From positions 82,119-146,118 of the forward strand of contig NMRA01000540.1 in NCBI GenBank assembly GCA_002633005.1: DNA of 64,000 nucleotides. The letters are read 5' to 3'. A program made the position numbers and the translations under genes. The notes beneath the pieces are model-generated. The model was not told where the DNA came from and ran no database searches. It was given only the letters and a program-made list of their open reading frames with translations. This stretch comes from Phoronis australis (taxonomy: Eukaryota; Animalia; Phoronida). This document shows, piece by piece, positions 26,678-41,600 of this stretch. How positions within the stretch are numbered: the first letter of the stretch is position 1; each line of letters begins with the position of its first letter.

Positions 26678-29600
26678 TCATGAAGACTTTTGATCGACTG
26701 CCTGCACCAACTTGGCCCGCTTCTTGTTGTATGCTTCCATCAGTTTAGTCTGCTGCATGAGGTGTTCATCCCACTGGAGAACATAGCCATAGGGCACACC
26801 TGTAACAAGTTAAACTCGTGTGTAAGGAGTGAAGAACGGATGTGAACATAGCCATAGAGCACACCTGAAACAATCTGGGATTTTTCAGTTTTGGCAGCCT
26901 TGAATTTCATTTGGCACTCTGGGATTTCTGTCAGGTCGCCAAATGCAACTTGTCGTTCAGCTAAGCATCGAGCGCTGCGCAAAATAACAACTATTATAAA
27001 GATGACAACTTATAATCATGGCACATATTCCAGCTTATTCTTCTCATATCTTGGAATGATTTAAACAACGATTTTGATATGCAGTGCAGTACTGTTCACA
27101 AATACTTTGCAGACAAGGTAATGACTGGACATCCACAGAACAGCTAAGGGGTTGACTTGGAACAGCTGATGAATGATCCATTCCTCTCTCCGCCCTGCAA
27201 GGCTGTCAGCAACTTACAAACTATTCTAAAAAATACTTATAAGCCATAAAAATGTAATCCATTAACTTTAAAAAACTATCACACAGCATCTACCAGATAT
27301 AATTGTAAATAACCCAATGCCTGTACTGACTCGAATAAGTTGCCAGTATTATTGACTTTATTTATTTTTCTGTCATGACATTGAGACCATTGTTGTACAA
27401 ACTGACACCTGGTGGTAGCCCCGTTCCACCCTCCAGTGCAGTTGGCTACGTGCAATAGCAGTCACATTCCTGAATGTATTCACTTCCTTCTTTGGAAAGT
27501 CACACGAGTTGACTAACCTGATAGGTGTCTCTCAATGCTGTGCACTTACAAGGATCTAACACAAGTTGTTAGTATTTGAGAAGAGCTTATAAATGCGTTG
27601 CCATTATTCAGCAGATGTCAGCATGGATAACAGTTGTAATGAGGGGGTCCAATATGCGCCCTTGTTGGCTGGGCCAGCCTTCAACGCTCAGTTACTCCAT
27701 GTCATATCCATAGCCAATCATGAGCCAGAAGAAATCGGAGCCGCCTAGTCTCTCTACATTTACTAGTCCAACCAATAGTAGATCTGACTGCTACCAATAC
27801 ACTGATTGTCTATCAAGGCTATTATGTGCTAATGGAATGTTGTGCTTAATAAAACAATTTCTGTGAACAAGTTCTAATCCAGTCCGCCTGAGGGTGACTG
27901 TCCACAGGCTATTCAGTTAGCACTAGAAAGTACATTGAGATGAAATTTTTGCCATGATACTTCAGGCATAAGTGAAGGCAACAAAATAAGCAGTTCTTAG
28001 AAGCAACAGATCAGGAGAACATATAAACAACAAAGGAAGCAAAATATTACAAGGAAAACATGAGCCGTGTAAGCGACAACTATAGTCACGTGCTTTTTGG
28101 AGTGTACGTTACCTAACGGCGAACTGGTCTTATAAGAAGTTGCGAGTTTAATACATTTTAAGTTCCATTCCAGCACTAAGAATTCAAGCCAGTGTTTCAC
28201 TTGAGGCTTTGGTTCAACTGTGTAAGTCACAACACGCCTAAAACAAAATGCCTTCAGATTGTTAAAACCTAACGGCTGAATGAGCTCCAATATGGCTTGC
28301 AACCCACCGGTTGAATCTGACTGTTCAGATAACTTCCCACTCAAGCCCATGCCTCCAGTTAAGATGTCCGAGACGCCAGCACCTGGAATCATACATTTAG
28401 AATACTTTCAGGCAAAAATTCACACCGTAGAGAGTTCAACTTTCATTCAAGTACGTAAAAGGCGCCACCTTTGAAACTTTTGTATTTAACTTATGTCCTG
28501 GAACGGGAAACTTTTCAATGTTTTTAACAAGATGGTGACTTTCATTTTTTATCAAAATCTGTGTAACACGTAAAGTTCATAGCTGGAATGTGTGCCTCGA
28601 TTTGTCACATGAAAAATAGTTTTAAGGTGAACAAAACCAAGTGATTATACCTTTTATAGATGTTGTGCATATGGTTCTCACTGCCTCAGTGTGTCTGTGG
28701 AACACCTTCAGTGGAAGATGGGTAGTGGTGTCAATGAGAACAATATGGCCGCCGCCCGTGCCTACCCATAAGGCATTGCCAAGATGGCGAGTCTTCTGCA
28801 GGAACATGGAGGTTACTCTTGCAGAGGTGTAACTTGGCAATTCATAGTTAAATTGGCTGAAATTAAGAATTTGATTAGATGACAGAAGCAGTATAACATT
28901 TCAAAATATGCTTCCAAGTACACGGAACATTGGTCATCAACACAACGACTAACCGGTATTAAAGAAAATGCGTAGTACTTCAACTCTTTTGGCTGCTGAG
29001 TACAGGAAAGTTGGGTATTAGTCATTTGAAACAAATTGAGGAATTCAAGAATTTATGAAATTTTAAGCGGCACAAGTACTATACGTCTTATAGTTCCCAA
29101 TTTTTACTATAACCATGAACAGATGAATTACTAAAGGATGCTTTTGGAAAATGTAAAAAAATGTGCCAATTCTAACAAATTTGTGTCAAAACTAGATGAA
29201 TCTACATTCAGTAACTCACCTTAAAGTCTGCGCCATGTCGATGACCCCCCTGGGTGTCCATCGAGTGCCCCCTCGCAGGATGACCTTGGGAGTGTCGTGA
29301 ACACTGATGTAAATAGTCTTGGACAGCACAAACTGAGAAATGACACAGTGCCTGAAGAACAATAAAAGGTACACTCCACCACCTTTCCATATTTCATTAT
29401 GTTTCTTCAAACATTGTTCTTGAAAAAAGCCCATTTTATGTCCACTGATATCTTGACCATTCTTTTTAAGCAAATACAGGCTGGGGTAGTCGCTAAAATC
29501 ATTCCGAGACAACAAAACAAGCCAATCCCACTTCACTATACATTTGAGAGACGGGATGAACTTCTTGAAATGTTTGCTAGGAGTTCAAATACAACCCGGA

Positions 29601-32600
29601 GAGAATTGAGGTTTGAGGAACACTCTCATAAATGCTATAATGTGTCTTGTGTCAAGTCAAACAATTGTTATTGGTCAGAAAGCCTAAACAGAGAAGACTG
29701 ACAGTGGTCAAAAAAGGAACAGTAGTTGCAGGTAATCAACTTTTGTCGTTCAAACAAAAAACAGTACAAAATGGTCAAAAATGCGTTTTTAGGAAAATGT
29801 CAACTGCCTGTGTAAACGCCCGTTTTTCATGCAGCCTGTGATACAAATTATCATACCTCTGTTCACTAATCCCCAGAAAAATGAAACCAGCTGTCAGTGG
29901 TAAATAGCAATTCAAATTATTAATTGCAAGAAGCAGTCTTCAGTTCGAAATGTAACACTTCACCTCTCACAGCAGGTAGTTAGAGTGACAAGACTGGCCC
30001 ACATCTCAAAAAATCACCTCACAGCATCCATTTGAATTGAACGGTGCTTGATTGGAAACAAATTTGTTACTCGGTCTCAACAATTTACATCGTGATTGCC
30101 TTTTGCCTGCCGCAAAACAAAGCAACTGCAATTATTATAACATCAGTTTGTAAGCCCCTTCAAGGAAACTCAGGCAAGACTAGCGCCCTCTACCTGTCAC
30201 TGACGATATTCCACTGCTGCTCTACCCGCATCCTTGCACTAAGCCTATAGATGTCACTGCCACATGATACGTAGATCTTATCTTGGTGCCATTGAATGCA
30301 TTTGATAGGGCAGTCCAATCCAAGCTCAAAGTATTGGGGCTCCGCCTCCTTGTCCTACACAAACAAGTAAAGTGTACTGCGTATCCAAGCTTTATAATAT
30401 GATAGAAAGTCAAAGTTACAGATGAACCATTCTGGCAATGGTGACTCTTCGCATCAAACTTTAGCAAAGCTAACAAAAATTTCACAGATAGTACCTTCTT
30501 GTTCCATTAAAATCAGCGTCCATACTGAATTGACAGCTTTGATGACATGGAAAACGTTCAATTACTGCAGTCAGACAGTTTTGTTAAAAATTAAAAATGT
30601 CAACACACAGCTTTGATTATGTGGAAAATGTCCACCAATAGCTTTGATAACATGGAAAACGTTTAATTAATCCACAGACAGTTCTGATGACACAGAAAAT
30701 ATTATTTCCACAGCCAGCTTTCCATAACATTTACAATCTTTGCTAAATACTTTTTAGTTCTTCAACTGCTAACTTCATCATAGTTAATCAACAGAATGTC
30801 TTGTGGTGAGTGCAGTGTGCTCATACCATGCACATGGCCTCGTGAACAATCATAGATTAAGTGAAAGAACAGAGAACAACAGGAACACTTACCAAGATCA
30901 AGTTGTTGGTTTCAAATTTCACAAGTGATCCGTTGGCCAAACCAATAATCACAGCGTCCATACCACGGGAACTAAAGAAAGACAATTACAATGAGTAGTT
31001 GTCTCACACATAAAGTTTGCGAACACACTGAAACACAATTTCTGTGTTTGACAGGAGATTAATACAGATGGCTCGTTGGCTTACAACATCTACACGGATT
31101 GCAGCAGGTCTTGGGATCAAATCTCGGTATCCCTCTGTAACATATCAAGACTGTGCATCAAAAGACAACAACTAGACAAAGCATTATCACAGATGACGCA
31201 GTCATCTGGTAAGATGACGCAGTCATCTGGTAGTCATTGGAAAACGTAGGGTAATGTTCCACGACCAATTGCTGTCCTCAATTTACACAAAGTCTAGATC
31301 CACATGTTTCGGAATTCATTTCACTAATTAGGTTAAGGCTACTCCTGATAACATTTCAATAATTTCCTTGACTAACCGGAACATTACAGATGGTCCAGTT
31401 GGTGTAGCTCTAATATTTTACAAACAAAAGCTGACTGCATTTTAAATGCCACGAATTTCACCATTTGTCAACGATGACTTCTAAACAGCAGGACTGTCTT
31501 GAATCGAAATCTACTTTTTCATGGAGGTAGAAATTTCATTGCCCGATTGACCTACTTTTCAAAATGCTAGTTGCTTAATAAGGGAAGAACAATACATTGT
31601 TAATTTAGTACTGATATTTTTGTCTATTGATTAATGTCAGATCTGCAACAACAAGTTTCATTAGGAAATGCGATAGTGAATACCAACTATACAGTGAAGG
31701 CATAAGGCAAGTGCTTGACACACATGTTGCATCGTGGGTAAATACAGTTAAGAGAGGCTGTGCATGGTGCTGGGTTATTTCTGGACTGGCTCATGAGGTA
31801 AACAACCGTCCCATCTCCACAGACCGTTCTGCCACACAAGGTATTGAACTGAATCAGCTTACAAAGACATAGAATCACTATGGTGACCATACCTCCTAAC
31901 ATGACAAATGCACAGGACTGAGTCACTGAGTTTAATGGGTTGGTCACATGACTTCTCCCTGGTGGAAGCATCGTAGACCCACAGATTGCCAGACTGCGTG
32001 CCGATCAGCATGGCTCTCTGTTCAATAGCTTCCATACACAGGATACGACAGTCATTGAACATACGACCCTGCATGCAATAAAAACTCCATAGACTCAACA
32101 GGAATCAAGTGAACATCATAAAAATCACACGAGGTCTGTTTCAAGAAATGTCACTTTAGTCGGAAATTTGGCCTTGACCTTCACACAACTATTTCTGAAA
32201 AATAATTGAACTCGAGCAAAATTGTAGTCTCTGAGCATATACACATAACTTCTACTTGTTGAGATAATTTCTAAAGGTAATTTCAGGGCAGTGAGGTGCT
32301 CATTTTTACTTGGCTTGGATGGAACAACATGCTAATTATTTACCTGATGTTCCTGATGGTCATGGCTTAGAGTCAGCCAGGACAGCTGTACACTGTCACG
32401 CTCCCCGCTGCCTAGCCAAACTTCAACGCCACCTGTCTTTCCACGCTGAAATTAAGTAAGTAATAATTCTGTAAAAAACAAACCACGTTAACGACGAAGT
32501 ATATCAAGCTTTGTGACCACCATAGTTAATGCCTAAAATTGGACAATTTACTAATAAAAGACAATGCAAACAACTACTGTAACAGTGAAATCTCAAAAAT

Positions 32601-35600
32601 CAAGGACATAAATAATTGAGATTTAATTGTTTCATTTCTTCTTAATAGAAATGAAGTAGCTTCAAATTTATGCTATTCCCGTGTTCATGTTCTCTACCAT
32701 AGCTACAGACACATTGGAAAAATTGTGCCATTCACAACAACGTTAGACATTGAAAAACAAACGATAAATTAAGGGTAAATTTTGAAAATTATTTTCACCT
32801 GAAGTTGGTTAAATTTTACTGCCTTTCAGAAAGATTTTGAGCCAGATATGATTTTCTGACATTTCTTTTCGGATTCCCCAATCCATTTCCCAACCAGTTT
32901 CAATTAATTTGAGACTAGAATTAGGTCAAATTTTTCCCCATTACAGCGCCTACCCTAACACACATGCACTCCACTGTCATGGCCCGGGACACAGGAAATG
33001 CTCCTTTGAGACAGGTCACCTCTGATGATTGCAGGCAATGGACAATGTCACTTGACTGAAAGATAGGTTAACAATGAAACTATACAACATCCCAATGTAC
33101 TTGCAATGAAAAGTATGGGACAGTTTGTCTACTTTAGAAAAGAATTAACGCAACAAGTAGATTGTTTTTCAAATTGCAACACATTGCATAATATAGAAAT
33201 AGGTTAAGACTTCATTGCATGAGTTTTTTGCGTGAAAATGTTTAGAATAACATATTTGGAATATGCGTAATGTAGAAATATTTGTGAATTACGCAACACA
33301 ATGCAGGAATTGTCACAATCTTTGAAAGCGACATAGCAAAATAGAGGCCCATGCAAGAGGTGTGAATACAATGTTCATCTTTGGAAGTTTAAAAATCAAT
33401 TGCAGATTAAAAAAATATCATTGGATGCTACAGCATTGGTATCAAGACCCCAAACTATAGAAAGTTGTTCAAATCTGCATAGTTTCACCATCTATCCGAT
33501 GTAGTGAATAATCTGTAGGCTATGGCATAACGATTGAGATTCATTTTGTTTTTAAAAATGAAATTAAAACACACCATGCAGATCCAGAAAAATATGCTGA
33601 AGTGACCAAAATGTCTAATATAATTCCTTTTCAGGGCCTGTTTCACTTTGTGCACACACTCACCATCAATCTAAATTGTGTTTGTTTAATAAAGAATATC
33701 ACAGGACTAAGATATTTCTGCTGGATAAAATGAAAGAGTACAAGTCAAACGCGTTCAATTTTAACACAGGATTATAATATCACGCCCATAAAGAACATTT
33801 CAAGTCCAACACTCTGCCCTGCGTGAGAATTCCAACACTACCTTGCATCATGAAGGGGTATTCCTACATCGCGCATATTTCTACATGGATTGGAGCATAA
33901 CAAATTTGAATAAAGCTACAAGTCAACTCCAGCCTTACGCTAGGTCTATGTTCAGGAACCATCTGCAGACAACAGTCGATCAAGTCCTGGATGTCTGGCC
34001 ATGGGTCAACACCACTGACTGATGTGATCTTATCAAACGGGCGACCCTGTAATGAATTTTCAAGTTGTTAGACAGAGTCTTGCGAGAGTCTTGAGGAAAA
34101 TAAACCAAACAACAACCAACTTCAGATAAAGTGGTCAGCTCAATCATGTTCTCTCTCCTCCAAATAATGGATACAGTAGACAAACAAGAGTGACCGAACA
34201 TTAGTAACATGTCTCCCTCCACTAATCATAAGCCACTATGTAATTAAAAACTTGTATAATTAACTCATTCCTCCCTGATCCCGCCTTATGGCGTGATTGT
34301 TTATTTTCACTCAGGGCCTGATGCCGTCTGGAGGCGTTATCTAAGAATGTATCTCACAGGTGGATCACGCCTTCAGGAGGGATAGAAGGCAGCAATTTAT
34401 TGGTTTAAGTTTAAATATATCTAGGGTATTCCCAGTTTTCTATCCAATGAGGATTGAGACACCATACTCTGTGTTAACTTTTTGTTTGTGAAGTTAATGC
34501 CTATTGGCTGTTATTTCTGGAATTTAGAACCATTTCTTCACAAGCAAATTATCAATTCAAGGAAAAACCAAGAAGCGTGTTAACTTTGTAGTGGTTGTTG
34601 TGGTAACTTTTGAAAGGTTATAAAGATATTCCTCCCTGAAATATAGTATGTTTGTTTGATTTGAAGACTAGAATGAAGCTAATTGCCCTGAACTGTAGCC
34701 TAATTGGTGTTACATAACACTGCTGTCACCACTTAATCATCTGCTAGGGTGCTCCTGTTTATTTTATTTGAACTGACCAGAAACAATAACAAAATGTTCA
34801 GTTACTAGGAACATTCTACTCTGTGACTAGCACTGTGCACACACTCACTTGAAATTGCTGCTTTCAATTGATGTTATACCGACGTAATCTCTGCTGCTGT
34901 CTCACAGTTCTTGAAGTTTTTATTATGGAGGATAGTGTGGATACTGAGGACACTGGTCACATTTAGATATAGACTTCAGTGATTATGGATATGATAGTGT
35001 GGATAATGATGGCACTGAGTGGTCAGATTTAGATACAGATTTCAGTTATCTAGTTTATGATGAGGATATGCTACACAGGAAACTTTCTTGACATGTTTTC
35101 TGGAAATTTAAATGGATTATTTGTAAACAAACGTCTTTGTTTCTGGAAAACAAAAAGTAAACTACTTGTTCAACCCTTTATCGATATTGAACTTGGATAA
35201 ATTTTATATCAACATGAAGCTCATTTACTAAGATGAATTGCTGAAATTTGGTAAGTATATGTGTACTAATGATTGAGTGATGAGGTTTTAATTATGTGCA
35301 GTGCTTGTGACCTAGTTCTGAGTGAAATACCCTCCGACTTCAAGGGGGTAGACATTCCACAGCTCAGCCAGGCCACTAAGCAATTTATTCCATATGGTGC
35401 TCAGGGTCGAATGAGTTAAGGCAATGGCTCTAAAAGGGGCCTTAGTCCTCAAAAAGAAGAAGTGGTTCCCAAAAGTATATAGTGCAACTTTGAGATTTGA
35501 GCTATTGGTTTCCAGCTAGGATGTGGATTGCAGTCCCCCGTAAGTCAGAGCAATTAATTTATTTTATGGAGACTTCCATGAGCAATTTTCAGAGTTTATT

Positions 35601-38600
35601 TTATGGAGACTTCCATAACGTATCTGGTTTTGAAGCGTTTGAACTAACTTCTACCAACCATTTGCTGCTATAGGACAAAAAATGATATTTGGTTCTGGGT
35701 TCTGGTCTCAAGCTGCACAAATGTAACCATGGTTATGCAAGATTTGAATCGTCATGATTTGCCAAGCGATGAGCAACAGAAAAAAAATCTTGTATCATTT
35801 TCCAGGTGGTTAATCTTTTTTTAAAATTAGTAAGCTTACTTCTAAACAATACCGCACCATCTAATCGATTGAAAAAAAGAGAAAAAAAAAAGAGAGACCA
35901 GAACCAACCATGTTTTCTTTTGACCTCATATCAGTAGTTATTTTGCCAAATGCATTCAGACTAACTTACGCACATAACAGCTTCATCTAACTGACTGCGG
36001 AATTCTAACTCAAACATGGGGTGTCGTCCACCTGTGACTATTTCAAACACAGTGATGCCGTACGAGTAGACATCCGCCTGGTAGATATAGGGCTCGCCAC
36101 GTGCCACCTCTGGGGCACGGTAGCCGATGGTGCCCTCTTGTGAGGAGAGGCCATAGGGTGCTGCCATCTGAGAGATGCCATAATCGGACAGCTTTGCAAT
36201 GACCTATGTCAGAAAATGACATGGTGAATCGTCGGTAATAACTGAGCCATGATTCTCAAAAACACTTCAGATTTAAATTAATTCACCAAAATCTAGACAA
36301 AAAGTACAAGCCAAAAGCCTAAGATTTGCAAATTTCAAGTACATACTCTCAAAGAACATTATTCATTCTCATAAAAACGTGTTTCTGGAGAACCATTAAC
36401 GTCCACAAAAATTTCAATGATACAGAAGTCATAGATTATGTAACAGTAAACATTAAAATAGACTATGGCTGAAAGTTTATAACAGTCAGCAAGAGTAGTA
36501 ATGAGGACTGAGTAAACTATTTACAAAGCAACTCCAAACTCCACACATATTCACATATTATATACAGCACTCCTGAATCAGTACTCAACGGAGGATGTAG
36601 TTTGCCAACTAGTCCATATATGGTGCGACATACCAGTGCTCCAGGCGACAAGTTGAACATAAGCACATTGTCAGGCTTCATGTCGCGGTAAATTATCCCT
36701 TGACTGTGTAAGTACTCCAGGCCCTCTGCCACCTAGACAAAGAGAATTTTTTAGAAATAATGAACTAAAACTGAATGCAACACATTACTATCATTCAGAG
36801 AGCAAATGACTTTTGTCAGTAAATCACTGATAACGCAATCTCAGAGATTTACCTTAAACGAATGTAGTTAAGATCTATCCTGACAAATATTTGACAGCAA
36901 CAGATCATGCAAGAACCTGATTGGTTTAACAGTTGATTAACTCAAGGTCACAATTACTGTTTTCCAATGAATACAAGGGTGGCCATGTGACTAGTATAAC
37001 TAGGCATGAGGCAAACTGACTGCAAAATAGCACTAAATCTTCTAAAGTGATCAAATGGACCATGAAGTGAGAACAATGCCACCTTGGTGGCCTATCTCAA
37101 TTCTAGTACTAAAAGTCCTTTCATGTTTAAAAGCTTAAAATCTGTGTGCCCAGAGAAAGTTAGTTGAACTGTTCATACCAGATTCAGTACTGAACAGCAT
37201 TGAAGTCAACAGTAGATGGCGCTGTCGTCAACCAAGAAATTGGTATGCATCCTGTATGGGCTAAGACCTTTTTAATGTGACAATTTGAGAACATTTACAT
37301 GTGCCAATTAATAAAAAGATTATTTCTAATTCAATTGGTTATTTGAGTAAAAAATAGCTAATATTAGTGACAACAGTGCCTTTTAATTGTTGACAATAGC
37401 AGTGACCCCTGGTGATAACTTAGATGAGACCAAAGTCAACCGTCCATACCACACTACAGTGTCAACACTCCACTCTTAAATCCACCTGTTTACATAATCA
37501 CCAAAGTTACCTGGTGCTGTTCACTCCAATTCAGGAGCAAAGTTAACTATTCACATTGACTGACACTCTCCAAAACATCGACACATTGAAGTAAGTAAAA
37601 GAGCGCCTTCAATACAAATCTAGCTTCACCCACTCTAGCTGTCTGTAATGAATCATTTTGGGACAGAGCCTCAAGATGTATGCCCAAAGTAACCAGTTCT
37701 TCTACTCAAGTTTTCAATCAGTAGACTACATGCAATTTACGACCCAAATAAATTATCCAATAAGACAAGAGTTGCCAAATGAATTAAGGCATTTGTTTTT
37801 TTTTTTTGCAATTTCGCTCTGTTGGACTTGCCTAGTCAAATCAGTGATAACACTATGTCCAGTTTATAATCCGCACTGAGATTACATCACAGTCATATTG
37901 CATTATGGAGATATTTGTCACTGCAATCTACAGCATACCACATGCACTGACTGGTGACGCAATTTTGGAATTTTGTTTTGAGCTCCATCACCACAATCCT
38001 CAGCACGTTTTACCTGTAGTGCTATCCTATGCTGCAGACTTCTGTGAGACACCCGCCCATTCTTGAGCTGTGTGGCCAGTGAGCCATGAGGAGCTAACTC
38101 CATCACTATCAGCCGTGGTTGGACAGACACGGAGAGCATGTTCACCAGACTTGCATGTTGGATGCTGCGGAAAATGGCCACCTAGAGGAGGACGAGGAGG
38201 TTTATCATCACAAGCAGCATCTCATCAATAATGCAATTTAAAAGCAGAGATGTTCTCGGGCCACACAATGTGTTCTCATATTATTCCCATAACGCTTTAA
38301 GCAAAATTTTGGGCATGATTTCGAAGGCTCAAAAATCCTAAGCTTCCAACATAAAATGAGCTCAACAATGAGAACACCAGAACAAACTATGAAGTCGCTA
38401 TTGACACACAGAACACTCCAGAGAACTAAATTTCCAAGAAATGTTGAGCCACACCCTTACTGCACCTGATGCATCATTTTCCCTCCTAAAACAACGAATC
38501 AAAACCAAACTCAACAATGTCATACATTGCACTCATCTGACACATGTCACTGCACAGGTTATGAACACAATTTCATTTTTAGTACAGAAACTTCATCCTG

Positions 38601-41600
38601 AGAGAAATGCTTGAGAATGCAGTACACAGCAAAAACAACTGGACAAAATAACCTCTAATGACAGGCCATGACCCCTCATGACAAGTCAGGACCCTTCACG
38701 ACACGTCATGACCATTCACCACTGCTTGGTCATGACCAGTCATGAGAAGAGAAATGATATTTGACTGCAAAATAACACTTCATCATGTCCTGCATGTGTG
38801 GTCATTTTAATAAGAATGCTACGATAAAATTTAGCATCAACTCCTTTATCGTTGAGTAATGTACAGTTAGTACCTCCTGACGCAGCAGCTTGTGGGGGTG
38901 TGCGTCAGTCTTAGCCGAGAACACCTTGACAGCAACACTCCTGGTTTGATACTCCGCCTTGTAGACAGCTCCATAACCGCCCTCACCTAGCAGGTTCTCA
39001 GGACTAGACGGAATAAAACATACAATAACATCAACAAACCAGCAACCTACTGGCGAGTAATCAAGTGATATCTGGTAATTCTCCACTAAATTTGCACAAA
39101 AACAATTTTTACTGTAAACTGGTGAATTTTCTCTCTCAACATTGATCAAATTGTTAAAAAATCCACCAAATTTTGTTATATAACATCGGCAGAGTGCAAC
39201 ACATAAACTTAATATTAAGTTTTTACTTAATTCAACTTTGAAGAATTAACAAAATAATATTTCACTTTTCAACCATCTTTCTTGCTAAATAAAAGAATTA
39301 CGCTTACTACAAATCCCACTTCACTCCCAAGGCTTCAAGAAATTTGAGTTTTCACACCACCAAAATGAACTAAATTATCCTGTATTATATTGAATGAACT
39401 TTTAAAGTGACTGTCCCATCACAAGTAAACACAGTAAGTGACTTGTTGTAAAAATGTGAAAGGAACACGCAACTTGCAAGGAAATGTTCGTGCCATCATT
39501 TGTCATCATATTTGCTAAAAACAGAAATCTATAGCAGAATGAGCATGTTTTAGTCTCCAAAAGCAGTTATTGGGAAACACAAAACAATACAGGGGTATCA
39601 TTCATACACTCAATCACACACACAATATAACAGTACCTCTCTAGTCATTGAAGGGTAAATTTTCAATAAATGATATTGGAAACTGAAAAAAATTACGGTC
39701 TCCAAGGTGAGGACAGAAACCACAGCTGAGTGCTTTAATTTAAAGAACTTACAGTAAACTGTTGTGTTTACTAGAAAACAACATTGTAGTAAACACAATT
39801 TGCTATTCAACACTCTTCTTACAGAACCTTAAGTGTTGTGCTCTGTAGTACACAATGCGTTCCCTACAGGTTCAGAAACAACCAGTTCATAATTCATAAT
39901 TCATAATTCTAACCATAATTCAATTCACTTGTCTCAGAATACATTTACAGGACAGTAACAGACCATAAAGTGATTAATAAAACTTCAGTTTGACTGAGCA
40001 ACTTCAAAATTTGCACGACCAAAAACACCTAAATTCACTATTAAAGCTATACTGCCTAAACATTTTGTTTATATTCTAAATAAAGTTAGGCTAAATAACA
40101 AGCAACATCAGACCATAAAACATACCTTTCTATCAGTAGCAGGTCATCCGCGTTGAGCTGAAACTGAGGTTCAAGGTCGGCCAATGAAAGATCTGGAGCC
40201 TGAACAACAAAACACACAAGGTGAGCTCTTATTCATTGTATTGAGTTTAAAGGCGAATGCCAACCGATTTAATCAGTCTTTTTTGACGTCTTAATCGGTC
40301 TATTTCCACATCGCCTCGCATACGGTCGACCTTACCTTGCCAAGAGGTATCGCGTTAACCTGTGAGGAAGGTGAGAAACGACGCTAGCGATGTCAGTGGT
40401 TCATATGCAGAGTGAATGCCGCTATGTTGCGGTGTATCGTTCCCGCTAGTCCGAACTAAGCAGCCGCGAGGAAAGCGAGTATATCATTTTTTTTACTTCC
40501 TCGAGAGTCCAAAATGCTTAGGAAGTGGCTCATGGTAGTGAAGAATGAAATGTACGCTGTAAATATCAAGTATGAGGACGTGAAACATCTCCATGTCTGT
40601 GGCCTGCAGACGACGTATAAAGTGCCTGACGAATGCCGGCTTACCAAATAACTCCATACGTTCCCTTGTCTGAGCTTGTTCACGGCGCCTCTCTAGTATT
40701 TCTTCATCACTGTATTCCTGTTCGAATTGATAGCCTGTAAAACTTAACGATCCGCCTGCGAAGTCGGGATTGATGAGCCGCTCTAGCTCGTCCTAAGTCG
40801 GGATTGCGAGTTGCCATGTTGGCGTTTATTACTGAGCGTTCTGTTTCAAAATGAATTATTCTCACCCTAACCAATACTTATACAAAACTGAAACAAAGTC
40901 TGTCTCATTAGATGCAATTTGTAATGCCTTTGGAGTGTTCGTGAGTGCACGAAATGATTTGAGAAGCCAGCAATGAACTCACTGCGTTACCAGCTTTAGG
41001 TGCAATAAAACTAATTGACGGGACAACTAGGCCGTGTGAGCTCATGCTAATTTAGTGTTTGCTGCCAGAAACTGTTGGGAAACAACTCGATTTCCACCCC
41101 ACGACCAGGTATTAGGGGAATCTTTATTTACATTTACATTACTCAAACAATGATTGTCAATGTACAACTTCTGCCCTGACGGTGCTGTGGCCAAAGCAGA
41201 ACTGAATTTGCGACCCCTAGCGACGAGCAAGTAGATTTGCAGTTTCGTGGCTAATTCACCAACATAATCACGTGCACATTATGTTGGCTCACTAGTATAG
41301 TATTTTCTTGACTGGAAGTTTAGTTTCCACTGAACTTTGGCTGGTTTGTTCGTGATGTCTGATCAGTTTCCGAGCCACTGGCCGGGAAAACGAGTCCGAG
41401 GCAATCCAGCCGGCCGCGACGGGCCTGATCGGGCTCTGAGCCACTGGCCAGGATAACAAGCCTTTTGTGTTTAGAAATAAAAAATCACAAGTCTAAACAA
41501 CACAGATCTAGGTTCTCCTGTCTGTATCTCACGGAAATTACTTCGAAATTATCTCCAAACACACCCCAAACTCCTGCTACGGACCTGTTATTGGCCTGCC

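Noticed and set aside
26678-26680. Selenocysteine recoding of the LRRK2 or PTGES2 TGA
   Set aside because: No recognisable SECIS element, and both stops fall where homologues end.
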